Shown one piece after another: positions 37,400 through 50,270 of a stretch of DNA of 64,000 nt; position 1 is the first letter of the stretch; each line of letters begins with the position of its first letter. Origin of the DNA: Octopus bimaculoides (taxonomy: Eukaryota); the NCBI RefSeq assembly GCF_001194135.2, contig NC_068992.1, forward strand, positions 9,878,647 through 9,942,646, given 5' to 3'. The notes under the pieces were generated by a model. That model worked only from the letters and a program-made list of their open reading frames with translations. It had not been told where the DNA came from and searched no databases. The position numbers were made by a program, and so were the translations under genes.

Positions 37400-38095
37400 T
37401 TTGCCAATAACTGTGCATACGCATTGTTAGTGCATGTTAGTAAAACATTACTGAGACAAGTGGAAAAGTTTAAGTATCTCCAGAACATATTCACAAGTGA
37501 TGGGGATCGGCGAGGATGAGAAGACTGAATTCGATGCTAGGATTGCTGATGCCAGTACAATAACGCACCAGCTTCAGCATTCAGTCGTCAGAAGATGAGA
37601 GATCGGCAAAAAAAAGAAGCCAAACTTGCTGCCGTTTTCGATTCGAATTTTGTACCTATTCTCTTCTATGATTATGAATGCTTGGTGATAATCAAAAAAC
37701 TACAATTGTGAATTCAATTGGTTGAACTGAGGTTCTGCCAAAAGGTCTCTGAAGGGACATTACTCAAAAGAGGGCATAGCTGAGAGATCAGGGAGTATCT
37801 CCCTGGTCAAGCTACTATTTCTCCCCAATGAGTAGTCACAGCTCCAGTACTACAGACATGGTTAGAATGCTGCAGGAAAGGATCACAAGACAGATTCTTC
37901 AAACTGAGCCAACTGGTAGGAGAGCTAAGGGTAGGCTACAAGCAAGATGGTAGGATAATGTCCATAGCCTCAGTTAGTCATGTTTGGGAATCCAGCAAGT
38001 AAGTTTAACAGGACTCAATGGAGGAGATACCTGATAACTCTACCCCGCTGACCATCTCAGACATAATGAGTGGTGAAAATAGATGGATGGATGCA
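37400..38095 (+). mobile_element. RTE-type LINE 3' remnant (post-RT region)
   Basis: VEKFKYLQNIFTSDG..EFDARIADAS...VPILFYDYE...RMLQERITRQILQTEPTGRRAKGRLQARW, the typical RTE C-terminus, ending in a gatg repeat tail. Confidence 0.8.
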
Positions 38096-39454
38096 TTATT
38101 AGTCATATTTCTTATATAATTTACTCAGTTATTTATATAATTGTTGTAATCTGAATCTAATGTCACACTCCCACCAGCTGTTGTTCACTTTTTTTCTGCA
38201 AGGGATAACAAACAATAAAAAGGAATGCCAACATTTGGATAACAACTGCTTCTTTTTCACAGTGATAGCTGCAACGTTTAATTCAATCTGAGAGAAGAAG
38301 ACTGATCTTCATTTGCAATCTTATATCAAAGAAAACTGGATAATCAAATATTTCTGGAAGACATTACTTACATTGAAAAAATAATGTCTTCGCAGAATGT
38401 TCTTTGAAATTCTATTTTTTGAATGCTCTTAAAGATATACAACTTTTTCTCAAGAAGAACCCCTATAATCATTTCCGCCTAGGGAACTGAGATACTTAGC
38501 AGCAATAATATGTTGAAATTATTACACATTAGTAGTTGTAGGGTAATAACCAATAAGCAATATATGAATTCCAAAGAGAAAAATGATGTTCTAGGAGAGG
38601 AAAAACAAGGAATTTAAAAGAGAAATGAAGTTGCAGCAATGACATGAGCATTAATACAAACCATATAGTTTCAGGTCCAATTATTCTATGTGTCCAATTA
38701 TACTATAGCCCCAGGTTGATCAAAGCCTTCTGAGCAAATGTGGTAGATGGACACTGATAAAAGCCCATTGTGTGTGAATATAAATACATAAAATACATGA
38801 AATGTAAGTATATGTCTCATTATCCTGACATCATATGATCGTTGTAAACAAGTACCACTGTTATACAAGCAGTGTCATTCATTTCCCATATTCTGTGGAG
38901 ACATGTCTGACCATGGGGAAATATGACTGTTTAGAAACAGGTGAAGGTTAGCAACATATAATTAATAATTATTTTAATGTGTCTTGACCTAATTATAGAA
39001 CTCACAAATAAGCAGCCTAACCACAAGGCCAGCAACTCAACCACACTACACATTCTCTCTCTCTCTCTTTCACTCACATGCATACACACACACAGAGATT
39101 TCTTTTAATAGAAAGGTTGAGAAATAACAATGTGACAAGTTTTTAAGTTCAAGGTGAAAAAAATTGATTTCATACATTATCAACAAGGAGTGATAAGATT
39201 TTTCGTTAGTACAGTGACAGTAACTTGAAAAGGTAATTGAAGTTAAAACAATACTTCAGATATATTTAAACTCAATTCTAATAGGGAAAAGGAGATCTAA
39301 GGTTAACAAGTATTAATATGAATAATTACTAACGATATCTAATTTTAACAACTTACTGCACATTGTGCTTTCTTATCATGCTTCGTTATTACTTGAAAGG
39401 AGCCCAACCTAATTAATGAATACTCCTTGACCATTATTAAATATTAATCACAAT

Positions 39455-39685
39455 AGCGAGCTGGCAGAAACGTTAGCACGCCGGGCAAAATGCCTAGCGG
39501 TATTTCATCTGCTGTTACGTTCTGAGTTCAAATTCCACCTAGGTCAACTTTACCTTTCATCTTTTCAGGGTCGATTAAATAAGTACCAGTTAATCATTGG
39601 GGTCAATGTAATCGACTTAATCCCTTTGTCTGTCCTTGTTTGTCTCCTCTATGTTTAGCCCACTGGGGCAATAAAGAAATAAATT
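39455..39685 (+). mobile_element. tRNA-derived SINE (ttctgagttcaaattcc family), near full length
   Basis: gcgagctggcagaaacgttagcacgccggg...gttctgagttcaaattcc...ggggcaataaagaaataa; degraded copies near 11700, 14080, 20480, 22200, 43900, 44110, 45690, 46130, 55030, 56400, 58590. Confidence 0.8.
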
Positions 39686-40458
39686 GCAATAAAATCCTTT
39701 ACCACATAATTATTTTCAATAAACATGCTTGTTTCTTTCTATTTTGGATGTCATTTCATCAGTGAAGGTCAATGTTCTTAAATCTGATCTGTTTTTTGAC
39801 CAACACATTTCCATTACATTACATGTCTATAAGTCATTGATGGCCAAGTTAATGGAGAAGACAACAACAAGTGAAAGAAGGGGATGAACATCATTTTGTA
39901 TCTTAGTATTGTGCCACGTCCATGCCAAGACACTTTTGAAGTAAGGAAGTACTTACTGAATGCAATGATTCACTATTGTAAGCAGTAGTATCACTAAAAA
40001 TTACAAGTTTTACATGACATTTTACAGAGCTTAAGTTAGTGTGGTTTTGCACTAGGACAGAAGCACTAATGATAAAGCCCCCATGTTCTAACACATCACT
40101 AGCATACAGGAAGAGACTGACAATAAATAACATGTCTATAGTTTAGTTATTTTTATCTTCTTACATCCATCTCTTGTCATGACACATGAGGGGGTCTGCA
40201 ATTTCTGGCTGAACAACCTGCACAAATGATTTGTTTATAGTGATCGAATGTCTTGTGTTCACGTAAGCTCACTCCTTCCATCAAATTGACATTACCTGTA
40301 CAGCTGCAAGAGCAATGTGAAATGAAGTGCTTTGTTTAAGAACACAACACAACACCCAGTCCGGGAATCGAAACCATGATTTCACAATTGTGAGTGCATC
40401 ACTAACCACTCAGCCATGCACCTTCACATAAGTGTATGTATGTATGTATGTATGTATG

Positions 40459-40550
<92 letters not shown>

Positions 40551-40736
40551 TTCTCATTAAATCTTTCTGTTTTCCATTAAATCCTAACCATTGTGCTGTC
40601 ACTAGGTCCCTATCCAGTACAAAGGATGTCAACTAGTACAGACAACCTTTATATTCTGTTGAACCACCCAAGCAGACTCCCACCTCTATTCAACTAGACA
40701 CATTGAGGAGAAATATACTTGTACTTTGCTTTAGAG

Positions 40737-41222
40737 CAGGGAGGTCACCAAACTTTTTTCACAGTGGGCCAGATAACTAAGAGAAAGACAAGCTTGGGCC
40801 GCATGACCATTTTGTTCAATACAATACAGTTAATACACAAAAGATAAAGGCAACCAACATATTTATTTACCAAAAAGTTATCAAATAGGCGACATTAGCA
40901 ATAAGATAATTATATCACATTCAGTGTGCACATATCTGAATCTCACAAACTAAGCAGTGAAAAAGGTTTGTGAGATTTCTGAAACTGGTGTTTAGCTTTT
41001 ATTTAGCCAGTGTTTAGCTTTTAAGACATCATCAATATTTGCTTTGAAATCGCTGCATCCAACCAAGAGAACTGCTTTCAAATACTCCATTTTTGAAAAT
41101 GTTTGCTCACAGACAGATGCCGTACCAGAGGCAAATGAACTCTCATTACAGGCACTTACACAAAAGGTACAGTATGGTGGTGGGTTGCATCTAGCCCGCG
41201 GGCCATAATTTGGTGACCCCTG
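40737..41222 (-). mobile_element. hAT (Charlie/SPIN-like) non-autonomous deletion derivative
   Basis: TIRs CAGGGAGGTCACCAAAC / AATTTGGTGACCCCTG; perfect 8-bp TSD CTTTAGAG (40729-40736, 41223-41230); internal minus-strand FASGTASVCEQTFSKMEYLK...LLVGCSDFKANIDDVLKAKH resembles the hAT dimerization-domain C-terminus. Confidence 0.92.
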
Positions 41223-41863
41223 CTTTAGAGTAATAAAATAAAAATTAGAAATCCCTACCAAAGCAAACTCCATATTTAGGGTTGCACAGGATCAGCAAAT
41301 TTTCAAAAACAACTTTTAACTCTTAAATTTGAAAGACAGTGTCTATAATCTTTCCAGATTCTATATTAGGGGGACAAAACCAGCTAGATAAGGTTAATGT
41401 GGTTAATGTTTGGTATTAACTTTTAAAGGTCACTTGTTAGAGTAGAATTGGATAAAGTGCTTAGAGTGGAGTCTAGGGTGTGACAGACAGGAGGGGGTAG
41501 ATTTAGGTGGAGACAATTTCTGAGAAACAGAGACCATTAGAGTAAAAGAAAAGAGTTTTAGAAGTGAAAGGATGATTGAAGAGTATGAGGAGTATGTGAG
41601 TTTTCTCTTTTCCTAAGTAGAAAACTTTTCCATCCCTAAATACATTAAAAGAAATTATACGCAGTAATCTGTGTATAATAAATACACAGATTACTGTGTA
41701 ATGAATAATAAATGAATGACAACAAAATAATTCTGAAAGAAAATAGTCATAAATGTAAATAGCCAAATATTTCAGTCATACATCAAACATTGGTCATACA
41801 TCAATTAATGTAATTTTGAAACAGACTAAACTACGAGAAAAAATGCTTTTCAAATACGAGGAG

Positions 41864-41906
<43 letters not shown>

Positions 41907-44900
41907 ATATCTATGTACATGTGTGCACTTGTTTATATGCAATTAAGTAAAATCCAGCAATTATTTTAAATAAAATAAATACTAGTCACAACAACAACAA
42001 AATTAAATTCTTTAGATATTTGTTTTTAATTTGTATCATTCATCATTTGTCCAGTAGGCCACTGGGTGTTGTTGAAGCGACCTTCAAGCAACCCACATGA
42101 GAATCGGGTCTGACCTGTTAAATATTTATGTTTAAGTCACTTGATGATTAAAGAGGCCAGTGGGTGTGGGGAGGAGGAGGAGAGAGATAGCTATATGTTC
42201 TGTGAGGATAAAAAAAAAAGAAAGTAAAAAAACATTCTGCAACCTATAAGTTTTGGAAACTGCTTCTTTAAAACGTGGCGGTGGGGGATAAGAGGTAGTG
42301 AAGAAGAAAAATTACAAATTAAAATCATGAATAATCTGCTGTTTTTATACAGAAATACAAACATTTTATACATTAGCTACACATTTCCTAAATTTCTCTT
42401 TTTTTTTTATTTATATTTTTATAGAGAAGGAAATACAGTATTTATAACAATTTTTAGGTTTTAGTCCCCTCGGTGTGGGAAATAAGGATACAGGGAAGGG
42501 GGTTGGTATCAGTGTGATGTTAAAGTTTGGGAGAAAATGCGAAAAAGATGTTTGAAAAATGAATGCAATTCTAAGGGAAAAAATGGATTGTACAAAGTAT
42601 TTATTCAAATAATTGGTGGTGATGTTTTTGGTTAAGGTTGAGACATAAACACAGTATGTCTTCTTCCACCAAGAATTTAAATTTCATTCAAAATTTTTAA
42701 AAAATATTTATATATTTCAGTTATTAGCATTAACAAAGTAGAGCATAAATTCTTTAACCAATTCTTGAAAATCTTCAGATATGCACCACTACAAGAATCC
42801 AGACTAAGATAATAATGATTCAAGATGTGTTTAATAGATTGCTTTCCTCATGACCTCAAGCATATAAACTCATCAGTGTGACCTCACAAAATATGAATGT
42901 TTTATACTGCTGCCACTACTTGATTCAATTCAACCAGTTTACCCTTGGGTACTTACAACTGGAAGTTCATCCTAGGGTTTTGAGTGCCTTAACCACAGAC
43001 AAGGAGCAGAGGAGAGATATGAATTGCTCATCCCCATAACTGGTTGTGTTTTACCCTGGAACTTGGACAGCTATTTCCTTTAGTTATAGTGACAAAATCA
43101 TTTTTCATGAATTAGTTTAACTCTTAGTCATTCAGATTACTTTGTCAAATTAATAATGTAGCTTCTAGCTTCAGGATTTTAAAGATGTGATTGTTTATCA
43201 TTTAGAATTACATTGCAAGGCAAGTGCGAGAGGCCAGATCTGACCTGTTTGAACTTAAAACAGGTAGAATATTTGAGCTGGATATGATGGCTGGTTTAAA
43301 TGCTAAAGGGTTAAAAGAAATATTAACCCTCAACTAATGAAATTAAGCTAGAAGTGTAAATATTGAAATCTATACATTTATTCAATGTGCTGTACAAAAT
43401 AAAACAGCTGTAAAAAAAATTAAAAAATAAAAAAAGACAAAAACAAACATTTCTAATCATTATTCAGTAAATCAAAATAGAAGACATACATACATCATTG
43501 TGCCACGAAGTAAAACAAAGACATCTATTGTTCTATTTACATGGAAGTGGAGTAGCAGTGTTCATGACCTTTGCTACCTGTCCTAGACTAGAAACTAATG
43601 TAGAGGACAAACCAGAAACACAAGTATTTACTTTGTCCAAAAGCACAAATAATGTACAGCTTTTCTTCTTTTTTTTAATTTCCAAACCAATCTCTGTTTT
43701 GGTTTGGAATTTGGCAACTTATTTTATTAACTATGGAGTGGTGAAAGAAAGCTGACCTTAGAGTGATTTAATCTGAACACCCGAAAGGAAATGTAAAAAA
43801 ACTATACTCTTCACTATTGTTCTACTGAATCTACTACTCAACACAGAATAACACTTTACATGACTGACAAAAAAAGTTGCACATCTTTGGAAGAGGGTGG
43901 AGATGGTTTAATCGTTCCCAGTTCTTAGCACCGACTTATTTTATAAACATCAGAAGGTTGAAAAGCAAAACCAAACTCAGTGGTATTTCAATGAGGAATG
44001 TAAAGGGGCATGATTAAATACCACATATTTTAGTCTGGCACTATTGTTTCTCATAGCAATGATTTTCAAAATATCACAAGGTCACTAAGTTTTTAGCAAA
44101 GCTATAAGGTGAGCCGAATAAACCCAGTACTTGACTGGTACGTGCTTTATTGATCCTGGAAAGCTGACAGCAAAAGTTGACAATCAGCAGAATTTCAACT
44201 AAGGTTATATATAAAGACAAAAGTCAATGCGCCTTTGCCAATTACCCAACTGGCTTATGCCAAACTCACTGGTACTTCACAACTCTGGAGAAATGAAAAC
44301 AAAAATCACACCTTGCAGGCTTTGAATTTAAGACATGCAAAATGGAAATTAAATATTGTAAAAGACAACTATTTCTATCAGAGTCTAACAATGATGTATT
44401 TGTCTCAAAAGACATGCAAAATGGAAAAACAGTCAAGTTCACCCCTGAAGACAAACTTCATTAGCTTTCTATAGAGGATAAGTGATGAAGAGCAATGATG
44501 TCCTCTGAGAAATTCTAAACAAGAACCAAATGGCTGGGCTGAGTTGTCTTGGAGAACCATGTTGGAAGTTACCTGGTAGTGTTACTATGAGGTATTGTTG
44601 ATCAAAATGTGGGGAAAGCACTATAAATGTTCTGCACAGACTTGTCCAATGTTTGACTATTGCTGACGTAAAAGTTGGAATAGCTATAGTCACATTTAGA
44701 GTAGACCTGGTCATTGGCCAAATCCATCATAAAGATCACACCATTACCTCCTTCAGGTGGGAAGGCCAAATAATTTTCCTGACCGGTGGCTATGTCAAAA
44801 GAGGTTGTATGATGGACACAACTGACAGGATCAAAGACTGATACTTTCTTTTTGGCTAAGCCCTAATTAAGTTTTACAAGTTCTCCTTAGAAAAAGGTGA

Positions 44901-47900
44901 GGAGGAAAGGGAGGGGCTGCCTCCAGTAATTTGGTAGACAAATGTATGGGCCTACTCTTTAGCAGGCGTTTGAAGGTTGAAGAATACAGCTGAGAGAGGG
45001 CACTTAGTAATCAGAGTAATCTTGGGCCACAGGGGTTCCTTGATTGGTCTTATGTGTGACTCATTCAATGGGAATCTCTCATATATCTGTTAACTATGAC
45101 TTTTTTTCATTTTAATACATATATTTCATTTGATTTCTATGTAAACTCTTGCATTTTGGTTAACCTGTCCCTAATAATGTCTTCCTCATCCCTTGCCTTT
45201 GCAAAAATAATAAAGAAAAGATTAATTCATTTATTTATTGATTCATTTCCTCACTCTTGTCAGCATCAATGTGACTATGTTAACCACCATGATATTGCTT
45301 TTTTTTTTTTTTTTGTTCTGACATCCCCACCCTTCACCTCAAAAGTTCTAGTAAGCTGTCTAAATACCTCCAAATCTATCAAATTACCAAAACACTGCTA
45401 AAAAAACAGTCAGCAGGAATAGTTTAAATACTTCCTTCTTTTCATCATTTTAAAGTTGTATCCCAGGAGTATTCAGTGCAGTTATCAGTGGTAAAGGGAC
45501 CAAAAAATGCTTCTATTACTACAGTTTCTATTTTATTTATTTTCTTATTTATTTCCTTTCATCTATTTTCATTCTGTGTTCTATTCCTAACATAATTTCA
45601 AGTATACATTTTTCTGGTAGAAACCTTGTGGAGGGTGGGTGCTTCAAGAGACGGTGGTGAAATACAAATCCTTACCCAGACAATAATCAGTAGAGTTTCA
45701 GACGAAAATACTTTGGAGTATTCAGTTACAACTCCTTACATTCTGAGTTTAAATCCCAGCAACGGTCAACTCGACCATTTATACTTCTGGAGTCAATAAG
45801 TTAATAAAATAAAGTATGAGCAGTCCTTAGGACTCATCCATTCAAATTCATAACCTCCATAAGAAAGTCAAACAGGTAAATTTTGAGGACACACTACATT
45901 TTGGGGACACACTACATTTTTACACAGAATTTCATTAGACAAAAGATGAATGTAAACATTTGGAGGACAACCTACATGAATATAAATACTCTTCTTTTTA
46001 CACCTAGTATTACTAGAGACACAAGAAAAATGTGCAGATTTTTGAGTACAGCTGTTGCCAGTCCAGTACTGATAACGATATTAACTGACTGTTTCCTTCC
46101 TACTAAATGTGGCTATATACTTTTGTTTAAATAGTATTGTGCAGAATCAACAGAACACTGGGCAAAAATATTTCATATGTAATTATATTTTGAATTCAAA
46201 TTTTGACCGGATCAAGTTGGGCTTTCATTCTTCAAGGTTGATAGACTAAGTATTGGTCAAATAGAAAAAAATCCAATGAATCTGTTAATATCTCTGTGTG
46301 TAAATTAATGGCCTTGTCTCTCATGTTTGAAATCTTTGTTGGCATGGTTGAATCATACAAGATTAAACCTTTATATTTACTTGTGCTCAGTTTCCTGGAT
46401 ATAAATTTTATTAATTCTCCTTACAGGCCTTATTTGATGGTACATAAACGACTGACACTGCTGTCAGAACATACAAAGGACGCTGCAAGAGAGAAGTGTC
46501 ACTGAAACCAATCCATCATTCTTCCATTCATTAACACAATTTGTAAGATTACAAAAGCAATTCTCAAAGTTTCGCTTACTCATACTTATTTTGTCAACCT
46601 AAGGATAAATGGCCAGCTTTAAAGAAAGGGTGGGGTGGGAGTTTGAACTCCTAACAAAGAAATATTGAATTTATTACAAAAACCATCTTCAGATAATGTT
46701 GTTAGTTTATTTTTTTACATTAAACAAGGCCTCAAAAAGAAAGGGAAAATGGATGTGTTACATTAATACCTATCCAAATGACTTGGCTGAGCAGATATTT
46801 TATTAAAGACGTTGCAGATTTGAATATCTTGACTTTTTAGGGCACGTTGGGCAATGTTATTATTCAATTCATTTTATTTTTAAGACTGGGGTGTGATTTG
46901 AGGACGTTTTGACTGCTATTTTTAGAAAGTTATTTCAACCATGCAATTTCCTTCACTGGGTTTAGGTCTAAAAGAGTGCCCACAAGAAATATTGAAGCTT
47001 TTGCCAAAATAAGAAGAGCCAGCTTTACAGGCAGAAGGAAAATAGTGGTATTTTTTTCATTTATCTCTTTGTCAAGATCATGCCTGTGAAACTAATAAAC
47101 TTCAATTAACAGCCAAAATCAACTCCTAGTTTGTCTAGACTGACTGGGAGGTTGCTTATTATACTCTCATGGGATTTGAGAACATATTGAAAAGGTTTAG
47201 CTGTATAATTAGAGTTCTATTCCTTACCACTTCCTGATCAGCTGGGAAGTTTTGAAGCAAACTATTTAAAGAAAGAATGCCAAAGAAAATCTCTGGAATG
47301 ACAAGGTCAAGTTACACAGAACACAAGAAGCAGAGAGTGTATGTTTAGTAAAAGACAAAACAGAGAAAAGAAAAGGTAACTTTTGAAATACACGATTCAT
47401 TTTAAATTGATTCAAAAGCAGATATGACATACAATGATGTAGTGATTACAGGTAAAGGTGTCGGTTGCAAAATGAAGCTGAAGCAGTTAAAGAAATTGGT
47501 CTGACCAATATTAACTCTACAGATGGGAAAACTTGAAGGTGACAAAAGGGAAGAAGAAACAATGGACAGTTTCCAATTCAAATGCTCAAGAACCACTGAT
47601 AAGGAAAGGAGATGAGAAGGGTAGAGAAGCTGGAATGAGACCAGAACAGTGGCAGAAAACAAAGCAGGTTGGAGAGATTGTGTTGTGGCTTTATGTGCCT
47701 CATGGGATGGAGAGAACTTACAAAGTAATTACAAAGGTAGTAATTTTAATTATACACACATAACCATTAATTTCATTTTTCCAGTGGTAGTCAGAGAAAG
47801 AAGGGCAATGCAACTATTGTCAAGACTTTTGAGATTGATGGACAAAAATGATCCCCATACCTAAACTAGATAATTACAAGGGCCAAATGCTGGTGACAAA

Positions 47901-49515
47901 TTGGACGACAAATAAATTTTATTACTCGAAATTAGACATGAACCCTCTGAAGGGCTTCCATCTTACAAATGTCTCTCTAAAATTTGACTGAGCTGAGGCT
48001 GCGTACTTGCTGGATAATGGGATTGAACCTGAAACGATGTAGCTGTGAACTGATTCAAAATTAACCACAAGCACATAGTCATGTCTATGCCTATTCAGAT
48101 GACCAAGAGAAAATTTCAAACTTTAAAAAAAAAAAAAACACAGAAAAAATTAAACTTTTTTTTCAAGCAACCAAATAAAATTACTTCTCAAGGTGGGGAA
48201 AAAAAAAAAAAAAAAAGCTCTAAATTAACAGACTGGCGAACAACCATGATTGGCTGCACAGGTTTATTTATTTTTAGCTAGTTTCGACTATTTGACTAGA
48301 TTCATACTTCTGTTTTGACAGAATTTCTGAATTTGTTTATAGTTTCTCTCCTCACTCAATTCCCCAATATTTTCACGTTTTTGTCAGTTTTTATAGCATG
48401 CTTTGCACTCTCCTGCTTAGAAACGTCCATGACAAGCACAAGTGCTTGTCAAAGAAGTCACAAGAGGTCATTTACTGACCTCATGGCACAAGGAAAAGCT
48501 AATGTCAGACATCGTTATGATTATTATTATTACTATAGGAATGAGTCAACCAACTTATTTCTTCTCTGCTAATTTCTAATCAAATAACAAAAATTAGAAA
48601 TCTACTAACAAGGTGTTGGAGTAAAAAAAAAAAAAAANNNNNNNNNNTACTAACAAGGTGTTGGAGTAAAAAAAAAAAAAACCAAAATGGTGGCATATTA
48701 GATAAAATGGTATGCAGTATTTAGTTAAGTCGCTTTACATTTCCAAGAGCAAATCTTCCTGGGGTGAATTTCACCTCTCGTTTCTCCAGGAACAATAGAG
48801 CATTGTATGCTGTAACTGATTCTGTCAATTATGCCCCTCCTTTAAACTGCATCTGGCAGTGGGGCCCTGGTTTGGGTATTCCAAGGGCTCTGAGGAGTGT
48901 GGAACCACCTCCTGACCACTGATGTTCTCAGATCTACTCTAACCCAGAGTAGTAGCACCTGTCCAGATCTCAGTTATGGGTTAATTGGCATGCAAATAGA
49001 GGTAAGCTATGAATATGGGAATAAACAGCCCTGGACCAAATTATGGGTGACCTCTTGGCAATGCTTACCACCTGGTAACCATCCACGCCAGGGTTATGTT
49101 GAAATCATGGGATGCTGCACAATGGATGTGAACTATTTCAGCAGATGAACTTATTGACCCAATGGAGAATATCACCAGGTGCTGAGCAGATACACAATCA
49201 ACAAACTGTCAAGAGCCAGGATCAACCAGTTCAGTTAGCAAACTACTGCAATCATCTGTAATCGTAGCATGTGCAGAAGAGACATTTGGCTATCAAAAGA
49301 CCAACATGACTTGTTGATCTAGGCAAGTCACCTGACCTGATGATGATGGTGATTTGCAGCCTTGTGGCACAAGTGAGAAATTCTTATTGTTATAAAGATA
49401 CCGAAAGCACAACTGCAGCAATTCCTCTTGGAATTACAAGAAAAAAAAACCCGAATATAGGTTAAAGTGAAAACACAGTTTGCAAAAACTGAATACATTT
49501 TGGTTTTGTACTTAC

Positions 49516-49761
49516 CTTAATTTTATAATTTTATTCAAATATCAGTTACTTATTGTTTCATAGGATATCAATTAAACATTTCTTTAAATAATCCAATATT
49601 TTTGTGGAGCCTCCTTTGGCAACCAAAGTTTCCGTTGCCAATTGCCAATTGCCCATAATTTTTGATTTCCAAAGTTCCTTGTTTAAAATAATCCAGAGGT
49701 GACTGCTTGATGTTGGTTAATCATGTAATTCAGTAACCATTTACTGTGAGCCATTATCAAA
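49516..49761 (-). other. Candidate non-coding 5' UTR exon of DENND4 containing uORFs
   Basis: Minus strand: poly-T tract then ccag acceptor (49762) and consensus donor AAG|GTAAGT (49515); same strand as and upstream of the ATG exon. No transcript evidence. Confidence 0.45.
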
Positions 49762-49899
49762 CTGGAAAAAAAAAAAAGTGAATTTAAATAATATAGGTTT
49801 ACATAAATAAGAATCAAAAATAAAAGTAAGTAGAATATAATATCGAGTACAGCAAATATTTAAGTAGATTTTATATAAATTTCATGTATAAGATATTAA

Positions 49900-50270
49900 A
49901 CATCAAATGGCAGACTAACATCAACTGGCATTCTTCTTCAGTGAGTGAACACATCCAGTATTGAGATTCTCCTCATATGCAATCAGATGCGTTGGGCTAG
50001 GCATCTTACTAGGATACAGGATGCTAAGTTACCTGAGCAGTTGTTTTAGAGGGAATTGCAACATGGTAAACGTCCAAAATATAAACCAAAGAAGCATTTT
50101 AGTGATGTTGTCAAAAATGACATAAGGCTCTTAGTGTGGATGTTGAAGACTGGGAGCAGACAATGGAAGATTGACTGGTTTGGAAAGAAGTAATCAATGA
50201 TGGTTGTAAAGCATCTGAACACTCCACATTGAAATGCACATGGTGTAAACAGGGCTTGACTTAATGCCAA
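49900..50270 (+). mobile_element. RTE-clade LINE 3' remnant
   Basis: SIEILLICNQMRWARHLTRIQDAKLPEQLF*RELQHGKRPKYKPKKHFSDVVKNDI matches RTE QLRWAGHV.RM...RLPKQ..YGEL..GKR..G..K.RFKD..K. Confidence 0.85.

Noticed and set aside
44470-45060. Possible CR1/L2-type LINE remnant on the minus strand
   Set aside because: Only vague similarity after several assumed frameshifts; not enough to call.
48603-48681. Direct repeat tactaacaaggtgttggagt-(A)n on both sides of a 10-N gap
   Set aside because: Most simply an unmerged contig overlap at a poly-A run, i.e. an assembly artefact.
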